Origin: Paragordius varius
Lineage: Eukaryota > Animalia > Nematomorpha
Length of the DNA: 64,000 bases
Assembly: GCA_964247055.1 (NCBI GenBank)
Contig: OZ176050.1
Span: 11,098,001-11,162,000, forward strand
Direction of reading: 5' to 3'
Below are positions 13,801 through 25,800 of the stretch, in pieces; within the stretch, counting starts at the first letter, position 1; each line of letters starts with the position of its first letter. The notes beneath the pieces were generated by a model, which ran no database searches, was not told the DNA's origin, and saw only the letters and a program-made list of their open reading frames with translations. The position numbers and the translations under genes are program-made.

Positions 13801-16800
13801 TTTAATATTACACTTAATGTAAGAATTATTATGTATATTTTTTGGATAATTTTATTAATCTTTTAATTAATTTTGTAATTATAAAAATTAAATAATATTT
13901 TTTATATTAATATGGTGAATATATAGTTTTATAAAATTTGGTACATATTTTATCAATTAGGTGTATTGTGTACATAATGATGGTACACCCTATGATGTTA
14001 AGTATATGGATGGGAATGGTATAGCGTTTCAAACAAGCATTAGAGAAAAATCATCCACTGCCCAATCTTATACATCTAATAATATAAACTCCAAACAAAA
14101 TTTTATCTTTTTCTCGGGACCTAAAGGTGAAATACAGTATGTAATTTAATGGTTGCTTATTTCACATTATAGTAGGGCAATAAGCAACACAGTAGCTTAT
14201 TGATGAAAGAAAGAGAAAAATTGTTTATTAAATATTTTGTTGTCTTTTCCATACTATACTGTGTTGCGAATTGCTCAACTATAGTCTGAAATAAGCAACC
14301 ATGCATACTGTAATATAATAGTTTGCTTTTAATTAGTTATTTTATTGCAATTTTCATAGGACTAAAGTAAAACAGAAATTATAAAGCCAAATTTTCTTAT
14401 AAAAACACAAATATTTTAACTTAGGATATTTTAACTATCGTTTTGGGAAACCGGAACATGAGTTAATTGGTAACACACTCAAGTATATTCCAAATCGTAA
14501 TAGATCAAAAAATATTGTTTCTAAAAAAATATTTGATATTATTTTTTTATATTATTTTTTTTACTGTATAAATTATATCGTGGTAATTAATTAATAGCTC
14601 TAGCATATGTTAAAGTTTTTCAAATATTTTTTTACTGTTTTTGCTTTAAATCTCTATTTTATATACCATTATACACATTTAAAATAAATGTTTATATATT
14701 ATATAAAGCATCAAGTCTAACTTCATTCAATGGTTTATACGTTTTACATTTGAAACCACCACCCTATTCAACGCAATTTTCTTCGTCCCACACAAGCGCA
14801 TTGTCAATCCGCGTCGATATATCTTTATTTAAACATGATAAACAACTTAATATCATATCTATGAATGGGCATAGAAATAATAAGCAACGCAAAAATTATG
14901 ATACAAATTTGGGTTTTTACCGATATCTCGATAGATTTGAATTAGTGGCAATGCCTTATTCATCTTTTCCCCCGATCGGAAATGATAAAAATTTTAAAGT
15001 AGTAGATTTTTTTATGATTGATGCAATTTTTTTTTATTTTGGCAATGAATTTTAAATCACATTTCAATTTGTAGAAAACCTATATGACGACACTACCCGA
15101 TATTAAAGTGGAATTACTCCTTAATCTTAATGAACGACTTACTGTAAACACATTTGCCGTATTTCAATGTAAATCTAATTTTCCGTTGGATGGACACACG
15201 CTATATTACATTGTAAGTTAATTATTTGCAATCAAAAAGCAATTATATATAATACTTTAGGGTTATATTACTTGGATGACTTTTAGGTGGTAATAAAATT
15301 TTTATCAAATGAATTTTATTATGATGTAATACCACTAAAATTTGAAAACAAACAAGTAATATTTTCTATGTGATTGCATTTTCTTACATTAAATTTTCCC
15401 ACAAATGGTTTTATAATTAAGTATCGCATTTTAACCAAATCTTTTCCCTCTCAATTTCAACAAAAGATTGTTTAAAAAATATTACACTTAACAGGTTATA
15501 TGTTTATTCTACTAAATTTTAACTTTTAATTTCATTAAATTTATCGTAATCTGCCAATTTTTATAATTAACCGAAACAAAAAAAAGTTGGTTTATTACAA
15601 ATTGTTGTTTTATATTTTGTACCAGGTTTCATCCAAAGGATCAATCATTCACACTGAATCTATAATGCTTTCTGGCCAGGATTCTACTTTATCATCACCA
15701 TCATCCGGTTATAGCTCTTTTAGCACTACATTTGGGTTTGTCCTTACGCCCGATATGGCGCCTCAATCTAATCTTGTGGCATACATTGTAACTACACATA
15801 ACGCATTGCCCGATAGCGGTATTAAAGCAAAAAATATGTTTGCAGACAACTTTTCTGACCAATATGACAATATTTTGGCCGCGGATGCGATCAGTTTTTC
15901 CCTAGATTTCCAGGAGGAACCTTCAAATCCTTCATTATTAGTAATGCCGAATTCGGTGATGAATGAAATGAATATGGGCCGGGACTTTGGCGATAATAAT
16001 AACTTGAAAGATGTATGTTTATATCAATTGAATTTTTACAACCAAAATTGGAAATCTAAGTCGTATAAATGTAAAAGTTTTGTAAGGTAAAACTGTTAAA
16101 TTAAAAATTTGAAGACTTCAAGCCATTTTTTTATTAATCTACCATATCTTGAAACCTAAATCTATGTATATGGCCCACATGATTAGTGTTGATAAAACCC
16201 TATTAAGCCATTCAAAATTAAAGATTAAAAATGGGTGAATTTATGTAAGTAATTGTCAGTTGCAATTAGTTTGCTGACCTAAAGTTAGTGCATAATAAGA
16301 AGGGTATTTTACTTTTCCCGCTTTTAGCTATAAATATTTCTCTTTAAAATAAATGCTATTTGGCAATACCCTTTGATAAGCAATGAATTTTTACATATTA
16401 TTTATATGCATGTTTATTAGTTTTCCGTCTTTCTAAATGGGGCAAAAGATCCACAAGGCTACACGTTAGAAATTGTGTGTCGAGGTTCACCAGGAGCTTA
16501 TGTTGGCCTTTCAGCTTTACATTCCATTTATTACGATAATAGTTTAGCTACTCATAATGATGAATACAACAAAATTCACCATAACAATGTGATTGTTTGG
16601 GAAAGAGTATGTTTCTTAATTACTTACAGTTTTGTTCAATTAGTATTATAATGCAGAAAAATTTGGCGACAATTATTCTTTAAACCACATATAAACGGTG
16701 AATTATATTATAATGATATCGGTAAAATACAGCTAAATTCTTTAAATTTAAAAAAAAGGCATTGAAATTTTCAATATTTTACCGTATAAAGTTTACCAAT

Positions 16801-19800
16801 CCTGTTTAATCAATGTTTGTCATATTTTATTTACATAATAAACACAGCTAATACCTTAGAAACAATAATTTGAAAACTGAATTTTCCATTGAATTACATT
16901 TTAATCTATCACCAACACTGACTTAGTTTAGTAATTTAAGATTAGAAAATGTGTTTAAATTACTTTATGTCATTATAAAAGTATATTCTATTAACACGCT
17001 AAATATATAGATTAATCATGCAATGTACAAACAACCCTATTCTATCGACACCTACACCGATTGGCTAACATCTTCTGCGGATCCCAATATGGATATTACA
17101 AAATTTCAAAGTTCTTTGTTGCAAGAAATAGTTTTAAAACAAAAAACTTCTTTACCACATTTGAATGCTCAACCAATAAAGCCAATGGCATTAGATACCC
17201 AAAGCTTGTTCAAAGGCGCTGGTCTTAATATTATTACTGATGCGAGTTTTTCAGATTTTGCTGCTATAAATTACATTCCAAATTCTTTGAATGAAATACC
17301 TTATGTTTCAAATACCTTAAGTATAAAAAGTGGTGGAAATCCGTGTATCTATGATCACAATAATAGGTAGCTTTTATTTTTTAAGTTTGCAATTTAAACA
17401 GTTTTTTTGTTCTAAAGTCTTTCGGGTAACATAATTAAAATTTTCAATTATCACGCACTCGATCAAAATAGCATTTTAATTTTTTCACAATTTTATTTTG
17501 ACATTAAAAAGATTTTAAAGGGTATGTTTTTAATAAAAATATTTTTCTCATTTATATTAAACAGCTCAAATATTAATTTTGGAAGTGATCATTCTGATTC
17601 AGCACCACAAAATCGGAAAACATCCAAAATCACCTATCCCATTCCCTGTTTAAATGCTTTAAATTTTGAATGGACATGCTTAAATGTCAATGTAGATACC
17701 TCAATTTCACAACAATCGCTTAAAAATTTTATTTTCACACAATTACAAAAGCAAAGAGCCAATTGCTTAAATTTTGACCAGATTTTAACTAACCATCCAG
17801 GGGATAATATTTATAATATGAACCATGAGAAATTTTCTCAAATTACAGCTTTTAAACAGGTTTGCTTTACAAATGATTTTACAAAATAAAATATATTTCG
17901 AATATAAATCACATTTTTTCGTTGTAATGTTTAGTTTATAAAAACACTACAAATCGCTGCTCAATTTGATCGCATAACGGAAGTTTATCAAGGTTCGTGG
18001 CTTTGGCACGATTTTAATATTGGCAGTGACGGATATTACATTTTTAAGTAAGTGAATTTGCGAAATATTATACAATGTTTGTTATACAAATTTTTAAATA
18101 TAACCTTTTTTTATTAAAAAATGGTGATTTTTTTAGTGTTCTAAAGTTTAATAAAATTTAATTCAATATATTATGTTTTTTCAGATGTTCATTAAAATCA
18201 GGGATGTTCAACACGCGGCCCTCCAAAATATTTCTACCTGAACGCGAGAAATATCAAATCAAAATTTTACGGAATCTATAAAAAAAATTTTAACAATTTT
18301 TTTGATAATATTTCCAATGTTTTGGCAATGAATTAGCAAATAGTTGTTTTAACATTTCAAGGTCTAAAATTTAATAAATACATGTAAATCCGATATATTT
18401 TTTAAATGCGGCCCGCGAAGCCACTTGTATTGCACACCCCTGATGTAAATGATAAGGTTCGCAAAATGATATTTTATTCTTGTTATAGTACCTGCTAAAT
18501 TTAACATGATCTAATCTATATTACTCAGTCGCCATATAAACTATAAACTAAATTATATTTCTAAAAAATAGCGATTTATATCAATTTCATATGCTTTTTT
18601 CTTCAGTTAATATTTTATGTTAATTATAAATAGTGTTAAAGTGCCAAGAAAACCTGCCTTTTGGTACATTAATGCCTTTAGTATGTCACAAGATAAATCG
18701 ATTGCTCTCCTACAAACTTCATTGCCCTTAACAACAAACAATTATTACCGGAATAAAATTCCACATTCCAATGTTATAACGTTTGATAGCACCCTTAGAT
18801 TTTATATGATTGTCGACGTACCCAATGCTATTATGGTGGGGGAACAGGTAAAATAATCTTTTTTTAATATTTCATATCAATTTGTATTGAAATTATTTTT
18901 CATTGATTCTCTACTAAGGGTCGTTTAACCGTTAAAAAAATTATGAGCTCTCTCACCCTAATTTTGTCATTTACGGACATAAAATGTAAATTTATGCCTG
19001 TAAATATATTTGGTAACTTAATAAAACTAATTAAATCAATTAATTTGCCGTTAATAATTTAATATCAATGACGATTCACCAAATTTCACAATTCTCTCTA
19101 CAATTAAAGTTATTATATCATTAATATGATTTTTGTTTTATTAATTTTTGGTTAATCCATATTTGAATGGGTTACAGTTACGGTCTTAACTGTTTATCCT
19201 GGTCAGGCCTAACTACTCTGTAATTAAAAATATTTTGGATTTAATTTTTAGTTGGGTATTCGCGTAGCTGTGTTTAATTACAATAATCGGGAAACTGAGG
19301 TCCTAATTCGATTATCCGTTTCTCCTTGTCACAAATCTATCATTATTCATGATTTGGAGGAAGGTTATATATTTTTTACTATTATGTGGTTTTATTTTTA
19401 CATGGTCAATACCAAGTAATTAAATACAAAAAATGATTTGAAAATATAATTAGGTTTAAGTAATTGATAGTATAATTATATTAAGTTAGATATGAGTAAA
19501 AACATAATCAACAACACTCAGAATTTTGTACTTGTTTGCCTTTTCATTTTCATATATTTTCAATCAAATTAGTTTATTTATAAGTTTTATTAACATTGAA
19601 ATATGCTTAAACAATAATATTCACAAAATAATTTTAGTCCCTAATTACCCCCCGAAAAGCTTTTATTTTAGCTCATAAGTTTCCAGCAAAATTGTTTTAA
19701 AAACCATTTTAATCTTTTGTTCAATATACAGGAATTGTCAGTTCGTATTCCACACCAACGGCTTCGGGCGAAAGACAGGTTTTATTGTGGTTAGAAGCCA

Positions 19801-22800
19801 GTAGTACCCAAGTAGTTTATGTTCCTATCGTTTTTACACATACAACTGATGCATGTTGGGCCGCATTTAAACAAAGTATAAAAATTAATCTTGGATGTAC
19901 TTTTTCAAAATGTTAAAGACACACACATAAAAAATGATTAATATTTTTTAAATGCATAAATTAGATTTTTTAAGAGCGATTTATTCTATATAAGTTAAAT
20001 GATTACAATTCTAAAAAATATTATTGAGTGCGCTATCAATTTACATCTCTATTTAACCTATTCTTCAGCATAAAACGATAGGCTATATTTAAAATTCAAG
20101 TTATAAAAAATATTGCTTTTCTAAAAAAAATTTGTCCATATCTATGTTTAATTTTAAAACGAACTGGATTCGAAACAATTTTAATGAAATATTTTTGTGT
20201 GTTTTAGAGACTTTTATACAAATCGAAGCCATTGCCGATATTGGACGAGATGTGTTCCGCAAGGATATTTTCGTAGACATTGGTGGTGTTAAACAAACAT
20301 TTCACACTCCATTCGTCATAGATCTCACAAATAAGGTTTGAAATATTTTAAACTAACTGCCTCTATTAAAAAAGATAATTTAAGCTAATTTTATTTAAAT
20401 GTATATATTTGATTTAGATTCATATATTATTTAATTAAGAATATGTAAATATTGCATAATTTTATTTAAATGTTTAGATTCGTTTTAGAGATATATCATT
20501 TAATCGGAAAATGTAAATTTAGTAATTATCTATTTTAAATGTAAAGCATATATGTATGATTAAACCAAGCAAAAGTAATAATAAATTTAAAATACAGTAA
20601 ATATAATAATCATATGCAAAAAACATATTAACAATATTATTTATTTAAAAATTAATTCTACCAGAAATGGTACTTTTCCATAAAAATTGAAACCCCGGAC
20701 CAAACTGTTGATTTTTTATTTCTAAATCCGTTTATTTTAAAGTACTCTATTTATTAATGATTAAATTTTTTAAAAAAATATTAAACCGATGTTATATTGT
20801 TAGGATTTTAGGCCATTAACATAACCCATGTGTTATTATTTTTTATATCTTAGGCATTACAAACCTTTAATTTATACATCAATATAACTGAAACACCCAT
20901 TATACCATTGAGCCGTGCTAGGAGTTACATATTTGGCTCTCCTAAAGCAACCATAGGAATAGTTGGTAAATAATTTAAACTTATTAATGCACTTACTATC
21001 TTTTAACAAATACATCATAAAATTTATTATAATATTTAGTTAGAGTAAAAATTTAATTGAGCACAAAACATAGAAAGTAAAAAACAACAAATATTAAGTA
21101 AAGACCAATTATTTTTTTAACCGCTAAATAAAAAGAAAAATAAATTGGTTATACACCCAATTTTATGGGATAGTAATTGATTCAGATGGTAAAAATATTA
21201 AAATACGGGTATAAAAATATAGTTTGGTTATAAAAAATCATAATGTCTTATTAATAATGTTTTATTTTATAATTTTGCTGTATATTATATAATTTTTTTT
21301 TCCATTTAGGTGATGTGGTAGGTCCCATGTTTGCTCATATACCTCTTAATGCCCGAAATATGTTAGATTTACCATATTGGAGTGGAGATCATATTGCTTT
21401 TAATTTAGGTGTAAATTTTTACACGCTGAGATATTTACAAAAAACTACCTCATCCATACACCTTTCGGCCAACGAATTTTATACCGCTATCAAATATCTC
21501 AATATATGTAATAAGATTTTGTTTTAGTACATATATATTATCTTTCAGATTTACTCTATCAAAATTTTTATCTTTTTTTGATTGAAATAAAAAAACTTGA
21601 AATGTAGTAATATAGAAAACTAACATATTAAATTTATAAGGGCAAAATGTGGAAACTAAAAGCCCTTGTTTCACAAAGAAATTCATACTTTTTTAAACCG
21701 TAATTTTTTTACCTGACATAAATTTTTTTACAATTTCTATTATAATTCGTTAAAAATTTCGCTTCAAGACAATATAAATAATAAGTTTTTCAAAAGTATG
21801 TTCAGAAAAAATATTTTTTTTAGTTTTTACCTTATTCCTTTATAATTTATTCAAAATTTACTATATATATATATATATATATTAGATTATCAAAGACTGT
21901 TGAGTCACATGAATTTAGTTGGTGGATTTTGTCAATTTCCTAAAACATTATCACCTTCGAGTCGCATAATGGATGAATTAAGTGGCAAACAACAATATTG
22001 TCCGACTGATATTATGTATATAATATGATATTTTTATACTTTTTAAAAAAAATTTCCATTCATCTAAAGAATGATATAACTTTAAAATCTGTTCACATTT
22101 TAATATATTTAAAAATTGGCTAATGTTTTATGGTGAACATGAAATATAAGGATAACGTGTGGTAAAGATTCTAAACTTTATCTAGAGCAGTCAACTTAAA
22201 AAAACGTCTATATTTTTAAACCATTTTTTAATATTTTCGCGCCCAATTTCAAATATACCCTTTTCTTCGGTTTAAAAAACTTTGTTTTGGTCATTCGTAT
22301 CATTTTTATTTTTTTGACATGGAAAACGTTTTGTTAAACTGGGAAAATGATTTAATCAAATGGGATGGCGTTTTTTCAGTAAAAGTAAGAATTAGTATTA
22401 TACCATTTCCCAGTCAATCGAAACGTTTTCCCAGTCAATCAAAACATTTTCCCAGTCAATGAACGTTTTCCCAGTCAATCGAAACATTTTCCCAATCAAT
22501 GAAAAACGTTTTCCCAGTCAATCGAAACGTTTTCCCAGTCAATAAAAACGGTTTTATTTTTGATAATAAATATCAAAACAAGATACAAAAATAACTTTTA
22601 ACCATTATCAGCGTAATTTTAGGATAATATTTTGCAAAAAAAACACAATTATTGAATGACAATTTTTCCCATATACTCCACTACACAATCTTTAACTTAT
22701 CTTTGAAAGCTATATTTTATTAGCTGGATGAGTATTTGATGGTTTGAGAGATTTTTTAAGAAAATTAATAATTTATTTATTTTATCAATCGTTCGCATTA

Positions 22801-25800
22801 ATATTCGGGGCTAACCTAAAATATCCAAAGTTTCGGATTGAATTATAAAATTTAAATGTATTTTCAACTCTTTACAATCAAAAAGGAAACTTTCAACTTT
22901 GTCCTTGATCAAAATACTGTTTTAAAAAATAATTTTACGATGAAAAAGTTGATTTTAATGAAAAAATATATTGGATATAAATACATAATATTATCGTACG
23001 CAAGTTTATGTTAATTTGAGATGTTTAAGTATTAAATTTTAATGTTTAAGGGCTAACTGAAACACAAATGGTATATAATCTGATTACCTATATACAATGC
23101 AGCGATTATAACGAGTTGTTAACCTTTTCTGTGACTATCTGGTGGTCAATAATTAAAAATATTAAACCATTATTTTCTCGTCTGCTTTGAATTTATTGGA
23201 TGAAAACCTTACGTTGTGCATACATCAAATTATCTATATAAGGTATTCATTTAATTTAGTAATATTTTAGTAATGTCAGAAACAGGAATCAAGAAAAAAT
23301 TAGTTATATCTCAACAAGATAGAAAACGATTAGTAAAACGAGTTTTTTTGATGGAGAATGGACTGTGGATGTATCAAAGGATTTAGATATAAACTATAAT
23401 ACTGCTCGTCAAATTATGTATAAATATAAAAAAAACAATAGTTCAGAAATTCTAACTCGTGAAGGCACTAAAAACAAAAAATTACGGAAGATATTATGCA
23501 TTTCATAGATAATAAACTAACTTATCAGCCGTCATTAACAATTAACCAGTTAAAAAAATTTTTGGAAGATGAAAAAAAATAAAATTATCTAAATCCTCTA
23601 TAGACCGAGTAATCAAATCTTTAAAAATAACTTTGAAGTTAGCCCATCATCATGAAAAAGTCAATGATCCTCAAATAATAGATTTAAGGAAAAAATACGC
23701 AATATGGTTTACACAATCTTTCTCCGATGACTTATCAAATATTATTTATTTGGATGAATGCGGTTATAATAACCATATTAGAAGAAGCCAAGGTCGATCC
23801 AAAAGTGGCACGAGAGCCAATATTGTGGTGCCTAGCGTAAAAGGCAGAAATATCACTTTTATTGGAGCTCTGTCATTAAGAGGTATGATTTATTACGAAA
23901 TAGAAAGCCAAAGAACAGTCAATTCCCAACGCTTTACAAGTTTTTTTGATGGACTTTGTGAATATTTAAAGCGGGACGATATTCAATATAATTTTATTAT
24001 GGACAATGCACGGATTCTTAAAAAAAATGAATTAAAAGGTAGAGCTGATTTATACAAATACAAAATTGATTTTTTGTCCCCGTACAGTTATATGTTGAAC
24101 CCAATCGAAATGGCATTTTCAAAAATGAAAAATTTTGTGTGACAAAATATTATATTAAATAATATGAATGCGAATGTGGAATTATTGAATCTGATAAAAT
24201 TGGCAGCGGGCTCCATAACATCGGAGGATAGCAGAAATTATTTTCAAAAGATAATGACAAATATGGTAAAGGCGGCAGCCGGTTTACCCTATATGTGATC
24301 TTTTTATAACATACACAATAAATGAAAATCATTTTTTAATATATTATCTCAATTTGTCTCTTTAATAAAATCAAACAATGATTGATTTATTCAGGTATAT
24401 TTGTACAGTAATAGTTCAACTTTTTAAAAATAAGTCATTAAAGATTGTGTAGTGGAGTATATGGGAAAAATTGTCATTCAATAATTGTGTTTTTTTGCAA
24501 AATATTATCCTAAAATTACGCTGATAATGGTTAAAAGTTATTTTTGTATCTTGTTTTGATATTTATTATTAAAAATAAAACCGTTTTTATTGACTGGGAA
24601 AACGTTTTTATTGTCTGGGAAAACGTTTCGATTGATTGGGAAAACGTTTCGATTGACTGGGAAAACGTTTTTATTGACTGGGAGAACGTTTCGATTGACT
24701 GGGAAAACGTTTCGATTGATTGGGAAAACGTTTCGATTGACTGGGAAAATGTTTCGATTGACTGGGAAAACGTTTCGATTGACTGGGAAAATGTTTTGAT
24801 TGACTGGGAAAACGTTTATTTAGACTGGGAAATGGTATATAATAAAATTAAAACTTTAGAGATAAAACGTAGTAAATAAAAACATTTTATGAATATACTT
24901 TTTTACCTTGTTGTCTTCTATACAACCTAAATGATTCAATCGTCCGTTTATTTGATTATGGACAAATTATGTTTTATATTACATGGCAATAATAATTAGA
25001 ATTGGACAACAAAGGGTATTGTATATAAGTTTATTCAATTAAATTTATATTGAAATATCCCATAAATATTATATTTTTGTTCAACATTTAAAAAGTCTTA
25101 ACTCATTATTAATGGTTATGCTATACACAGAAAAACACAAAAATTAATAAATCGCCTTATTTATTTTTATTGTAACGCTTTTCGCTAGAAAGCGCCAAGT
25201 CTTTAATATATATACCATTTCCCAGTCTAAATAAACGTTTTCCCAGTCAATCGAAACATTTTCCCAGTCAATCGAAACGTTTTCCCAGTCAATCAAAACG
25301 TTTTCCCAATCAATCGAAACGTTTTTCCAGTCAATCGAAACGTTTTCCCAGTCAATCGAAACGTTTTCCCAGTCAATCGAAACATTTTTCCAGTGAATCG
25401 AAACATTTTCCCAATCAATAAAAACGTTTTCCCAGTCAATAAAAACGGTTTTGTTTTTGATGATAAATATGTATCAAAACAAGAATATAAAAACAACTTT
25501 TAACCATTATTAGCGTAATATTAGGACATAATTTCATATAAAAACATATTGAGTGACAATTTTTCCAAGTATATTCCAGTGGACAATCATTAATGACTTA
25601 TTCTTTAAATGTTATATTTTTAGAATTTGAGGTAAGATAATGTTTTTTATTTTATCGATAGTTCGCATTAATATTTGCGGAACGCTTCACAATAGTTTTT
25701 AAATATGTCCGGTTTGTCGATTAAAATACTGTCGGAAAAAATATCTTAACGAAATTTTTTTTTGATAAAAATGTTTTTGATTATAAAATATTTAATAAAA

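Larger units (their letters stand above)
22401..24837 (+). mobile_element. IS630/Tc1-mariner superfamily transposon with long TIRs containing 21-bp tandem arrays (family A, decayed autonomous copy)
   Basis: TA|TACCATTTCCCAGTC at 22399-22415 and GACTGGGAAATGGTA|TA ending at 24839. TIR homology spans about 22401-22710 and 24425-24837, with 7 and 12 repeat units. A DDE transposase pseudogene lies between. Confidence 0.9.
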
